Source of the DNA: an uncultured delta proteobacterium
GTDB lineage: Bacteria; Myxococcota_A; UBA9160; SMWR01
DNA length: 64,000 bases
Direction: 5' to 3'
Assembly (NCBI GenBank): GCA_963832165.1
Contig: CAWHTE010000003.1
Location: 512,001 to 576,000, forward strand
The notes under the pieces were generated by a model. It saw only the letters and a program-made list of their open reading frames with translations, did not search any database and was not told the origin of the DNA. Of this stretch, positions 10,660 to 20,760 are shown piece after piece. How positions within the stretch are numbered: the stretch's first letter is position 1; every line of letters starts with the position of its first letter. A program made the translations under genes and the position numbers.

Positions 10660-11673
10660 ATGAATCGCATCGCTGCGTGCGCGACGTTTGCGATCTCGCT
10701 GCTCGCGGCCGTCCCGAGTGCGGCGGAGGTCGGCCACTTTGTCCCGGGACTGCTGAACATCCGGGACTACCTTCTGCCTGCGGAGCCGGGCGTCTACGGC
10801 GCGGCGTACAACTATTTCTACAGCACCGATCGGCGCAACGACGACCACGGCGACAAGATCCGGTCGCTCACGATCAATCCCGGAGGGGGTCCCGGGACTT
10901 CGGTCGGCATCGACGTGGATCTGGATCTCTACGCGCTCGCCGTTCCGTTGATCTGGGTGTCGGACTGGAAGGTGCTCGGCGCGCGCTATGGCGCGCTCGT
11001 GGCGCCGACGTTCGCCGACGCGAGTGTGGAGGCGGCGCTGGCGATCGGCCGCCGGCGCGGCGGCGAAGCCGACAACTCGAGCTTCGGGGTGGGCGATCCG
11101 TTCGTGCAGCCGATCTGGCTCGACTGGAGCGGAAAGCACTGGGAGGTGTCCGCCGCGTACGGCTTCTACGCCGGGATCGGCAAGTACGACACGGGCACGC
11201 GTGACGTACTCGGCAACCTGATCACGCTGGAAGATCCCGACAACATCGGCTTCGGCTTCTGGACGCATCAATTCCAGGCGGCCGCCGCCTGGTATCCATT
11301 CGACCACAAGGGAACCGCCGTCATGGGCGTCGCGACCTACGAGTACCACGCCGACAAGGAAGACTTCGACCTGCAGCCGGGCCAGAACGTCACGTTGAAC
11401 TGGGGCATCAGCCAGTTCATCCCGCTCACGTCGGACCAGCATCTGCTGTTCGAGATCGGTCCGGCGGGCTGGAATGGCTGGCAATCCTCGGCCGATGGCG
11501 GCAGCGACGCGACCAGCCACGAGCGCGACCGCACGCACGCTGCAGGAGGGCAGCTCGGTGTGACCTATCTCCCGTGGTTCCTGGCCGTGAACGTCCACGG
11601 ATTCTACGAATACGAAACAAGGAGCCGCTTTCAGGGCTATTCGCTGGGACTCAGTCTCGCGAAGAAGTTCTAG
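10660..11673 (+). CDS. SphA/MetA-pathway-of-phenol-degradation family outer-membrane transporter
   Basis: Signal peptide, GHFVPG, PGVYGAAYNYFY, GDPFVQPIWLDW, NIGFGFWT, C-terminal F. Confidence 0.75.
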   Translation: MNRIAACATFAISLLAAVPSAAEVGHFVPGLLNIRDYLLPAEPGVYGAAYNYFYSTDRRNDDHGDKIRSLTINPGGGPGTSVGIDVDLDLYALAVPLIWVSDWKVLGARYGALVAPTFADASVEAALAIGRRRGGEADNSSFGVGDPFVQPIWLDWSGKHWEVSAAYGFYAGIGKYDTGTRDVLGNLITLEDPDNIGFGFWTHQFQAAAAWYPFDHKGTAVMGVATYEYHADKEDFDLQPGQNVTLNWGISQFIPLTSDQHLLFEIGPAGWNGWQSSADGGSDATSHERDRTHAAGGQLGVTYLPWFLAVNVHGFYEYETRSRFQGYSLGLSLAKKF

Positions 11674-11683
11674 AGGACCCGCC

Positions 11684-13345
11684 ATGGCGCGCTTGGATGC
11701 CCGAGCGCTGCTGCCGATCACGGATTGGCTGCCCCGTTACCGCGGGGAATGGCTGCGGCTCGACCTGATCGCGGGCGCAACCACCGCCGCGGTCGTGATC
11801 CCCAAGGCGATGGCCTATGCGACGGTCGCGGGCCTCCCCGTCGAGGTGGGCCTCTACACCGTCCTCGTGCCGATGATCGTCTACGCGTTCTTCGGAACCT
11901 CCCGCGTTCTCAGTGTCAGCACGACGACGACGATCGCGATCCTCACCGGCACGCAGCTCGCGCTCGTCGTGCCCGACGGCGATCGCAGCGCACTGCTCGT
12001 GGCTGCGGCGACGCTCACGCTCATGGTCGGAGGTCTGCTCGCGCTGGCGTCGCTCTTGCGGCTCGGCTTCGTGGCGAACTTCATCTCGGAGCCCGTGCTC
12101 GTCGGCTTCAAGGCGGGCATCGGTCTCGTGATCGTGCTCGATCAGATCCCGAAGCTGCTCGGCGTCCACTTCGCCAAGGGGAACTTTCTCCACAATCTGG
12201 TTCGGATCGCAGAGAACGTTCCCGAGACCTCGCTGCCGACGCTCGGTGTCGCGCTCGCGACGTTGGCCGTCCTGCTCGCGCTCGAGCGCTTCGCGCCGCG
12301 CTCGCCCGTGCCGCTGATCGCCGTGGCGGCGGGGATCGCGGCGTACGGCCTCTTCGACCTGCCCGTGGAGTCGGTCGGCGCGGTGCCGCAGGGCCTCCCG
12401 CGTTTCGTCGCGCCCGACTTCTCGCTTGCGGCGGCGCTGTGGCCCGGAGCGCTCGGTATCGCGCTGATGAGCTTTGCCGAGACGATCGCGGTCGCGCGCG
12501 CCTTTGCGCAGACCGGAGAGCCTCCGCCGCGACCGAATCAGGAACTGCTCGCGACGGGCCTCGCCAGCGCGGCGGGCTCGGTCTTCGGGTCGATGCCCGC
12601 GGGCGGCGGCACCTCGCAGACCGCGCTGAACCGCCAGGCGGGCGCGCGCACGCCGATCGCCGCCGTCGTGACGGCGCTGCTCACGCTCGTGACGATGCTC
12701 GTGCTCGCGCCGCTGATCGGACTCATGCCGCAGGCCACGCTCGCCGCGGTCGTGATCGTCTACTCGATCGGGCTGATCCAGCCCGGGGAATTCCGGGCGA
12801 TCCGAGACGTGCGGCGCATGGAGTTCCTCTGGGCCGTGGCGGCGCTCGCGGGGGTCGTGCTGCTCGGAACGCTCAAGGGGATCCTCGTCGCGATCGTGTT
12901 GTCGCTCGCATCGCTGGCCCATCAGATCGCCGATCCGCCGGTCTACGTGATCGGGCGCAAGCGCGGGACCAACGTCTTCCGCGCGCGCTCCGACGAGCAG
13001 CCCGATGACGAGACGTTCCCGGGACTGCTGATGCTCCGCATCGAGGGCCGCATCTTCTTCGCGAATGCGGAACGCATCGCTCAGAAGATCCGGCCGCTCA
13101 TCGAGGAGCAGCGCCCGCGCGTGGTTCTGCTCGACATGCGCGCGGTGCCGGACCTCGAGTACACCGCGCTCAAGATGCTCTCCGAGGCGGAAGAGCGGCA
13201 GCGCGAGCTCGGTGTCGAGCTCTGGCTCGTGGGGCTGAACCCCGAGGTGCTCAGCGTCGTGCAGCGCTCGTCGCTCGGAGAGCGGCTCGGGCGCGAGCGC
13301 ATGTTGTTCAATCTGGAGACGGCGGTCGCGAGATACCTCGCCTGA
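11684..13345 (+). CDS. SulP family anion transporter with STAS domain
   Basis: DLIAGATTAAVVIPKAMAYATVAGLPVEVGLY, NQELLATG, C-terminal RIEGRIFFANA...VVLLDM. Confidence 0.93.
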   Translation: MARLDARALLPITDWLPRYRGEWLRLDLIAGATTAAVVIPKAMAYATVAGLPVEVGLYTVLVPMIVYAFFGTSRVLSVSTTTTIAILTGTQLALVVPDGDRSALLVAAATLTLMVGGLLALASLLRLGFVANFISEPVLVGFKAGIGLVIVLDQIPKLLGVHFAKGNFLHNLVRIAENVPETSLPTLGVALATLAVLLALERFAPRSPVPLIAVAAGIAAYGLFDLPVESVGAVPQGLPRFVAPDFSLAAALWPGALGIALMSFAETIAVARAFAQTGEPPPRPNQELLATGLASAAGSVFGSMPAGGGTSQTALNRQAGARTPIAAVVTALLTLVTMLVLAPLIGLMPQATLAAVVIVYSIGLIQPGEFRAIRDVRRMEFLWAVAALAGVVLLGTLKGILVAIVLSLASLAHQIADPPVYVIGRKRGTNVFRARSDEQPDDETFPGLLMLRIEGRIFFANAERIAQKIRPLIEEQRPRVVLLDMRAVPDLEYTALKMLSEAEERQRELGVELWLVGLNPEVLSVVQRSSLGERLGRERMLFNLETAVARYLA

Positions 13346-13364
13346 CGCGCCCGGGAGAAGATCC

Positions 13365-14456
13365 ATGTCAGAGAACGCACCGGCTCGCCGACAGGGGGAT
13401 CACGAGGAGAGCGTTCAGCGCGCCGTCGAGGCGGCGATCCGCATCGGTGTCGTCGCGCTGCTCGGGGTCTGGGTGTTCCAGATCGTCGGGCCGTTCATCC
13501 AGCCGATCGTATGGGGCGCGATCATCGCCGTGGCCTGCGCCACTCCCTATCACTGGTTGGAGCGGCAGCTCGGCGGACGCAGCGTGGCGGCCGCGGTTCT
13601 GTTCACGCTGCTGGCGCTCGTCGTGTTGATCACGCCCACCGTGTTCCTGACCAGCGCCATCGTCGACTGGGGGCAGGGCGCCGCGGCCCAGATCCGCGAC
13701 GGCCAGCTCACGATCCCGCCCGCGCCAGAGACGGTGCGGGGCTGGCCGCTCGTCGGTGGTGCCATCTACGAGTTCTGGTCACTCGCGAACTCGAACCTCC
13801 AGGCTGCGCTCGTGAAGGCGCGCGAGCCGCTCGAGAGCGTCGGCCTGTGGCTGCTGTCCTCTGCCGCGACCGCGGGAGCCGTGGTGCTGCAGTTCGCGCT
13901 CTCGATCGTGGTCGCGGGCGTGCTCCTCGCGAACTCCGAAGGGTCGAAGGGTCTCGTCGACCGCTTCGCGGTCCGCCTCGCACCGGAGACGGGCCGGAAC
14001 ATGCGAGAGCTCGCCGAGCAGACGGTGCGCGGCGTGGCGACGGGCGTCGTGGGCATCGCCATCCTCCAGTGCATCCTCACCGCGATCGCCTTGTTCACGA
14101 TCGGGTTCCCCGGAGCCCCCTTCCTCGCGCTCTTGTGTCTGCTCGTCGCGATCGTGCAGCTCCCGCTCGCGATTCCGGTCCTGCCGATGATCATCTACGT
14201 GTGGGCCCACGAACCGGCGCTATCCGCAGCTCTGTTCACGGCGTGGATGATCCCGGTGACGCTCCTCGACAACATCCTGAAGCCGATCCTCATGGGCCGA
14301 GGCGTCGACGCGCCGATGCTCGTCGTGTTCATCGGCGCGATCGGGGGGCTCGCGTCCTCGGGGATCGTCGGGCTCTTCGTGGGCGCGGTCGTGATGGTCG
14401 TGGCCTATGCGCTGCTGAAGGCCTGGCTCGAACCGCGGCAGCAGACATCGGAGTGA
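13365..14456 (+). CDS. AI-2E family transporter (YdiK-like)
   Basis: Multi-TM; DNILKPILMGRG, VFIGAIGG, GIVGLFVGAV. Confidence 0.9.
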   Translation: MSENAPARRQGDHEESVQRAVEAAIRIGVVALLGVWVFQIVGPFIQPIVWGAIIAVACATPYHWLERQLGGRSVAAAVLFTLLALVVLITPTVFLTSAIVDWGQGAAAQIRDGQLTIPPAPETVRGWPLVGGAIYEFWSLANSNLQAALVKAREPLESVGLWLLSSAATAGAVVLQFALSIVVAGVLLANSEGSKGLVDRFAVRLAPETGRNMRELAEQTVRGVATGVVGIAILQCILTAIALFTIGFPGAPFLALLCLLVAIVQLPLAIPVLPMIIYVWAHEPALSAALFTAWMIPVTLLDNILKPILMGRGVDAPMLVVFIGAIGGLASSGIVGLFVGAVVMVVAYALLKAWLEPRQQTSE

Positions 14457-14500
14457 AGCGAAGCGTTATGATCGATCTCGACGGGGGTCTTGGAGGGATC

Positions 14501-15058
14501 ATGAGAAGCTTGGCCTGGCTCGCGCTCTTCTCGACCGTTGGATGGCTCGGCTGTTCGGGGATCCACGTGACGACGGACTTCGACCCGAGCGCGAATTTCT
14601 CCGACGCGAAATCGTACGCGTGGTTCGACGAACGCTCGGGCGTGCAGGGAGACCGCGCCGACGTCACGAGCCTGCTCGACCGGCGCGTGCGCAGCGCGGT
14701 CGACGCCGAGCTGCAGGCGAAGGGGCTCGCGCGCGTCGACAAGAGCGCGGCCAAGCTGTTCGTGACCTACCACCTCGGCGTCGAGTCGAAGCTCGACATC
14801 GACACGATCAACTCGGGATACGGGTACGGTCGCTACGGCCGCTACGGTGGCATCGCCACCACGACCACCGTCCGGGAGTATCAGGAAGGGACGCTGCTGA
14901 TCGACCTGGTCGATCCGTCCTCGAAGCAGCTGATCTGGCGCGGGGCCGGGCAGGCGCGTCTCCGGGAATACAGCAGCCCCGAGGAGCGCGAGCAGAGGGT
15001 CGGTGAGGCCGTGAAGGCGATCCTCGCGGACTTTCCTCCCGGCTCGAAGAAGGATTGA
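14501..15058 (+). CDS. DUF4136 domain lipoprotein
   Basis: Lipobox WLGC; DFDPSANFS..KSYAW; YQEGTLLIDLVD...LIWRG; FPP end. Confidence 0.85.
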   Translation: MRSLAWLALFSTVGWLGCSGIHVTTDFDPSANFSDAKSYAWFDERSGVQGDRADVTSLLDRRVRSAVDAELQAKGLARVDKSAAKLFVTYHLGVESKLDIDTINSGYGYGRYGRYGGIATTTTVREYQEGTLLIDLVDPSSKQLIWRGAGQARLREYSSPEEREQRVGEAVKAILADFPPGSKKD

Positions 15059-15068
15059 GGCCGGGGCG

Positions 15069-16558
15069 TCAGCGCGCAGCCGGGCGTGTAGGCTTCCCAG
15101 CGCGCGACCTTCACGCGGCGTCCGGGCGGTAGCACTGCGTCGGATGCGGCGATCGCGTTCGCGGCGGCCGCGCGTTCGGGCGACCACGCGCTGTCCACGC
15201 GATCGAGCAGCTTCGCCAGGGGCTCCCCGGAGCGCGCCGCGACGACACGGATCCGCGCTTCGCGCACGCGCTTGCGATCGGACGCGAGAGAGCGCGCGGA
15301 AGCTCTCGACGACCTGCGTGAGCGGATCCCGGTAGCGCGTCCACTGCTCCTCGAGCGTGCTGCCGGACAGCTGATAGACGTTGCCGCCGTGCGCGACCCA
15401 GGCGAGCACGTGGTGGTAGCGCCTGGAGAACCCCTCGCGGCTCGTTGCGGTGACGCGCGCCGCCGCGAACCCGCCGATGCGCGTCGACTCGACGCGGTCA
15501 TCGATCTTGAAGCGAAGCGCTCTCGATCACGCGAGTGGCGACGGCCTTCGGGTCGTCGCCGGTCCCCGCGATCGACAGGGCCGCGAGCGCGTCGCCCGCC
15601 TCGGGAATGGCGACGACGCTTTCCGCACCGTTGTCGACGCGCCAATCCTTCGGGAATGCGACGCGCAGGTCGAGATCGGCGTGCAGGAATTCGCTCTCGA
15701 CCAACGTTCCGTTCGAGCCGGGATCTCCGACCAGGAGACCGTCCAGGTGCTCGTAGAAGTGGGCGGTGTCGAGAGCGATCGGCGCGATCTTGGCGACCTT
15801 CAGCGCGCCCGCGCGCTCGAGGGTCTGCCGCGATCGATCCGGCGTGGTCGGATGCGTGTCGAGGAAGCTGTGTTGGTCGGGGTCGCGACCCGCAAGCGCG
15901 GCGTCGCGCGACAACGCGTCCATGACCCGCGCCATCGCCGCGGGATCCCAGCCCGCGGCGGCCACGAGTCGCTGGCCGATCAGATCGGCCTCCTCCTCCT
16001 GGCCGCGGCTGTGGCTGGCGAGGTAGAGAGATCCCGGCGCGCTCCCGACCGCTCCCACGACGCGACCGATCTGTGGGCTGACGATGCCGGTGGCGATCGC
16101 ACCGATCCCGGCCGCCAGGCGCACGGGCACGAATGGCGCCTGGCGCAGCGAGTGATCCAGGTGGTGGCGTGCGGAGACGTGGCCGATCTCGTGGCCGATC
16201 ACGCTCGCGAGCTCGTCCTCGCTGTTGAGCAGCGCAAGCAGGCCGCGCGACACGTAGATGTAGCCGCCCGGCAGCGCGAACGCGTTCGGTGCCGGCATGT
16301 CGACGACCTGGACTCGATACGCGACATCGCGGCGCAGGTCCACGCCGTGCTCGACGAGGCGCTGTGCGATCGCGGTCACGTACGGCTCGAGCGCCGGTGT
16401 GCGCACGAGCCCGACCTGACTGCTCGATCTCCGCCGCCGCCTCGGCTGCCCAGCTTCGCTTCACCGCTGGACGAGGCGAGAAGCGCCGTTGTGCAACCGA
16501 GCACGGCGAGCGCGAGCAGCGAAACGCTCGCCGCCTGCAACGCGCGATGACGGCTCAT
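15069..16558 (-). CDS. M48 family zinc metalloprotease lipoprotein, several frameshifts; 3' end approximate
   Basis: Lipobox AVLGC (ORF 16376..16558); PNAFALPGGYIYVSRGLL, HEIGH, SRGQEEEAD, FLDTHP (ORF 15498..16406); C-terminal pieces in other frames. Confidence 0.82.
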
Positions 16559-16581
16559 CAGGACTCCGGAGCCCTACGCGC

Positions 16582-17293
16582 TCACTTCTTCTGCTGGACG
16601 CCCTGCGCCACGAAGAAGTCGCGCGCCCGCTCGCCCCAGTGATCGCAGATCGCCTCGACGTCGGCCCACTTCGAGAGCATCCGCAGGACGCCCTTCGTGC
16701 CCGCGCGCGAGTCGACGGCGGCGGCGAGCCGCTGGTTGGTGATCGCGTCGGTCGCCTCGAGTTCCGCGCTCGCGGCGCCCACGAGCGCCGCAGTATCGGT
16801 TCCGAGCCCTCCGAGCGTCGACACCAGCGCGCAGCTGCGGGATCACCGTCGTCACGGTGTTCATCGCGACGCGGGCGCCCTTTGCCTCGGTGAGCGCCAT
16901 GCGCAGCTTGATCACGCCGGGTCCCGGTTCCTTCACGATCTTGAACTTCTCGCCGAGCTTGTCGTTCATCGACTTGTAGAGCATGTCGGTGAGCACCTTC
17001 TGGTCCTTCGGATCGAGCTTCTTGGAGTCGTCCTTGACCCAGAGCGTGACCGATTCGAGGTAGATCGCGTTGTAGCGCGGCCAGGCCGCGCTCGGGTTGA
17101 CGTAGACCTCCTGCGCGTCGAAGCCCTCGCGCGGCGCGAGCTGGGAGTAGTTGCCGAGGAATCCCGAGCGTTCGGTCTCCTCGAAATGGCGCCCGCGTGT
17201 GGGCCGGAGGATCCCGCATCCGGCCGATACGAGGGCGAGCGAAACGAGAGCGATGATCGCGACCCTGCGGTGATTCCGTGCGTACGCACCCAT
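16582..17293 (-). CDS. DUF3313 domain lipoprotein, frameshift near 16830
   Basis: Lipobox SAGC; SGFLGNYSQL; PGPGVIKLRMALT; C-terminal part GAASAELEATDAITNQRLAAAVDSRAG in ORF 16582..16824. Confidence 0.78.
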
Positions 17294-17353
17294 ACCGATT
17301 CCCTCCTGCTGGCTGCGCGCCATCATACCGGAGTCTTCGAGGCCCCGGTTCGG

Positions 17354-18124
17354 TCACCAGGGCATCAACGTGAACGCGGACGCATCCTCGACCTTGACGT
17401 CCTTGGGCGTGTTCGCGAGCAGCACGAGCTGATCGGCCCAGTCGTTCATCGATTCGCTCGCCTGTCCGTACCAGGTGACCGCTTCGAGATCCAGGACTCG
17501 CGTCTTGGCCGCCTCGCGATCGGCGAACATCGCCATCACGGCGCCGGTCTTCGCGTCGCGCACGCGCCCCTCGATCGCCATCCAGCCGTCGTCGGCGAAC
17601 GTGGCGAGCATCCCGACGGGCACGCCGACCGGCAGTGGCGCGGCCCAGGCGGCCAGCCCGATCGCACCGAGGAACGCCTTGTTGGGCACGAGCTGCGTGA
17701 CCGCGATTTCGAGGATCATCGTGTCGCCGCGCGGCTTGTCGACGACCGCAAAGCGGTTGTCCTTCGATTCGCTGAACTTCTCCTTCAACGTGTCCTGGAA
17801 TTCCTGGGCAACCTTCGCGAGGTCTTCCTTGATCCTGAATTGCCGCACGTTCGTCTTCGCCCAGCTGCTCTGCTGCTCGACGTATTCGGTGTTGACCGGA
17901 GCCACCAGGATGGAGCCGTAGTTGGTGGACGAATAGGCGGGATCGACCCACGCGCGATGGAACGGCGCACGCTCGCGGCTGTCGGTCATCTTGTTCGATT
18001 CTTCGAGAAACCCCGAATCGGGCGCGGGCTTCGCCTTGAGCACCTTGTTCGATGTCGCGCAGCCCGCGGCGAGCGCTGCCATCACGATTCCCGCGACCGC
18101 TATCGACGATCCTCGAAGGCGCAT
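17354..18124 (-). CDS. DUF3313-like lipoprotein
   Basis: Lipobox LAAGC; SGFL; AIEGRVRDAKTGAVMAMFADRE. Confidence 0.75.
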   Translation of the reverse strand: MRLRGSSIAVAGIVMAALAAGCATSNKVLKAKPAPDSGFLEESNKMTDSRERAPFHRAWVDPAYSSTNYGSILVAPVNTEYVEQQSSWAKTNVRQFRIKEDLAKVAQEFQDTLKEKFSESKDNRFAVVDKPRGDTMILEIAVTQLVPNKAFLGAIGLAAWAAPLPVGVPVGMLATFADDGWMAIEGRVRDAKTGAVMAMFADREAAKTRVLDLEAVTWYGQASESMNDWADQLVLLANTPKDVKVEDASAFTLMPW

Positions 18125-18161
18125 ATCAGTCCTCCTCGATTCTCGCGCGCATCCTACCGCA

Positions 18162-18939
18162 TCAGTCGAAGCTCGCGCGCACGTCCACGAGAAGCTGATC
18201 CATCGCGTCGATGCGGATCAGGCCGATCCTGGGGAATTCCAGATCGAGAATCAGGTAGACGCTCGCGGCCATCATCACCGCAAATCCGATCACGTGGAGC
18301 GAGGCTCGCGTCCGGGTCCCGGCCATGGCCGAGCCCGCGAACAGCGCGCCCAGCAGCGCGAGTGCAAACAACAACACGTAGATGATGACCGGCGGGTGCA
18401 TCCGCGTGGCCGCAGTGCGAGTCGTGACGATGTCGAACATCTCGTTCAGCGCCGGGAGCAACACGCTCGTCGCGGCCACCGTGGGCGACGAGCGGGCGGC
18501 GGCGACGGCTTCGCTCCAGATCCGCGCCTGGAGCACCTGGCTCTGGTCGAGCTCTGCCTTCGCGGCGGCGAGGTCCGGGAAGCTTGCGGTACGCCGCCAG
18601 CCGGGAATCGACGTACTGGCGGAACAGTTCGCGAAGGGCCGGTTGAGCGTCGGCCGGCAGCAGGTCGAGCCGCAGCCAGGCCGTCCCGATCGCATTCGCC
18701 TCGTCCACGATCTGCGCCCGCCGCACGTCGAGTCGCGTCGCGGCGCCCGAGAACGTGAACGCGATCAGGAGTCCGAGCAGCGCGAAGACCGCGCCCTCGA
18801 CGGCGCTCGTACCGGAGCGCGCGCCTTCCGGATCGCGCTGCAGCTGCCGGGCGCCCCAGCGCCGACCGAGTTCGAGGCATACGAGCAATCCCACGAACAG
18901 ACCGACGGCCGAAAGCGCCGCACCCATGAAGATCGTCAC
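18162..18939 (-). CDS. DUF4239/bestrophin-like membrane protein, frameshift near 18577
   Basis: GTG start after GGAGAAGG; AVFALLGLLIAFTFSGA, EANAIGTAWLRLDLLP, ALNEMFD, LILDLEFPRIGLI. Confidence 0.78.
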
Positions 18940-19042
18940 GGGAAATCCTTCTCCGGGAACAATGGCGTTGCCCCGAACTGCATCACGCGCAGACATTGGA
19001 CGACCCGCACCCGGCTGTGCAAGTGTCTTCACCGAAGCGACC

Positions 19043-20116
19043 ATGAAGCGCGTTCGTTCCACCGCAACAGCCGCGCTCCGGATCACCGGAAAGATCGCGC
19101 TCGCGCTCGCGATGGCGCTCGCCTCGGCCTGGTGCGTGCTCGCGATCTTGCGCGCGCCGGTTGGCGCGCCGCTCGTGCGCGAAGTGCTCGCAGCGCTGTT
19201 CGGCCTGATCGCGATAGGCGCCCTGGTCGGACTCTTCCTGCGGCGTTGGCGCTGGCGCGCACTGGGCGCGTTCCTCGCCGCGCTGATCGCCTTCGCGGTG
19301 GGCTGGAGTCGCATCCAGCCATCGAACGACCGTACGTGGCGCGCGGAAGAGGCGATGCAGGCCTACGCCGAGATCGACGGCGATCGCATCACCGTGCACA
19401 ACATCCGCAACTTCGAGTACCGCACCGAGACCGACTTCACGCCGGCCTACTACGACAAGACCTTCGACCTGCGCGAGCTCGACTCGGCCGACCTGATCGC
19501 GGTCTACTGGATGGGGCCCGACATCGCGCACATCATGTTGAGCTTCGGCTTCGCGGGTCGAGATTTCCTCGCAATCTCGATCGAGGCGCGCAAGGAACAG
19601 GGCGAGGGCTACTCGACGGTCGACGGCTTCTTCCGCCACTTCGAGCTCCACTACGTCGTGGCCGACGAGCGCGACGCGATCGGCGTGCGCGCGATCCATC
19701 GCAAGGATCCGCCTGAGGACGTGTACCTGTACCGGCTGCAGGGTCCGCCGGAAGCCGCGCGGCGCCTGTTCCTCGAGTACTTCCGCCAGATCAATTCACT
19801 GCGCGAGCGTCCGGAGTTCTACAACTCGCTCCTGACGAACTGCACGAGCACGATCTGGATGAACGCGCGGGTGAACCCCCGGCACGTACCGTTCTCCTGG
19901 AAGATCGTGCTCTCCGGGCACGTGCCCGAGTACATGTACGAGAAGGGACGCCTCGACACGAGCATGCCGTTCGAGGAGCTGCAGCGGCGAGGGCACATCA
20001 ATGCGCTCGCGCAACAGGCGGGTAGCGCGCCGGACTTCTCGCAGCAGATCCGGGTGGGACTGCCGGGCGTGAAGCCGGCAGCCCACACCGAGCTGGCGAA
20101 TCAGTTGACCGAGTAG
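19043..20116 (+). CDS. DUF4105 domain membrane protein
   Basis: N-terminal TM helices, PSNDRTW, HNIRNFEYRTETDF, AHIMLSFGF, SIEARKE, YNSLLTNCT. Confidence 0.85.
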   Translation: MKRVRSTATAALRITGKIALALAMALASAWCVLAILRAPVGAPLVREVLAALFGLIAIGALVGLFLRRWRWRALGAFLAALIAFAVGWSRIQPSNDRTWRAEEAMQAYAEIDGDRITVHNIRNFEYRTETDFTPAYYDKTFDLRELDSADLIAVYWMGPDIAHIMLSFGFAGRDFLAISIEARKEQGEGYSTVDGFFRHFELHYVVADERDAIGVRAIHRKDPPEDVYLYRLQGPPEAARRLFLEYFRQINSLRERPEFYNSLLTNCTSTIWMNARVNPRHVPFSWKIVLSGHVPEYMYEKGRLDTSMPFEELQRRGHINALAQQAGSAPDFSQQIRVGLPGVKPAAHTELANQLTE

Positions 20117-20574
20117 TTGCGAGCCTCGAGGCAGGTCTTCACGCCGCGGTCGTAGTTCGCGCGCTGTCCCTGCACGGCGGCTTCGTTCTGCGCCCGCTGC
20201 TGGTTCCGCGCGTACTCCGCGTCCCTGCGGCGTACCCCACCGACCACGGCGCCACCCGCGGCGCCGGCCGCGGCGCCCTTGCCGGCGTCACCGGCGACCG
20301 CGCCGACTACTGCGCCCGCAGCAGCTCCGCGCGCCGCGCCGCGCACCGCGTTGGGCTGCCGGCCGGTCGGCGGCGGCGGCTCCGTGGACACGCTCTGCAT
20401 CGGGTTGAAGCCGGTCTGCTGCACGGCCCACTCGTGGCACTCGTACTTGTCCTTCGACTGCTGCTCCGCAGATTGCTTGCCCTTCGGGTAGATCATCAGA
20501 TCTGCCGTGGCCGGTGCGCTGAAGAAGAGCGACAGGACGAGCGCGCTGCGAAGCAGGGCGTTGGAATCTCTCAT
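20101..20574 (-). CDS. Glycine-zipper (YMGG-like) secreted protein
   Basis: Signal peptide; YPKGKQSAEQQSKDKYECHEWA; GAARGAAAGAVVGAVAGDAGKGAAAGA; CLEARNYSV. Confidence 0.85.
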   Translation of the reverse strand: MRDSNALLRSALVLSLFFSAPATADLMIYPKGKQSAEQQSKDKYECHEWAVQQTGFNPMQSVSTEPPPPTGRQPNAVRGAARGAAAGAVVGAVAGDAGKGAAAGAAGGAVVGGVRRRDAEYARNQQRAQNEAAVQGQRANYDRGVKTCLEARNYSVN

Positions 20575-20760
20575 CTCGCGACCTCTGGGTTGGGGCGACG
20601 GGGCCGTCGACCCCGTTCGCGGTCTCTAGCTTAATCGATGGCTTCGATCTGCGTGCGCCGCTATCAAGGAAACTTCACGCCCCCTTTGGGGGTGTACGCC
20701 GGGAACCGCTGCGGTGTATAAAGACCCACCAGATCGGGTTCGTGGCGCGTCTTCACGAGA

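Noticed and set aside
20575..20760. Possible fluoride or yybP-ykoY riboswitch upstream of cax
   Set aside because: Small hairpins are present but I could not find the conserved core sequences; an Rfam scan would settle it.
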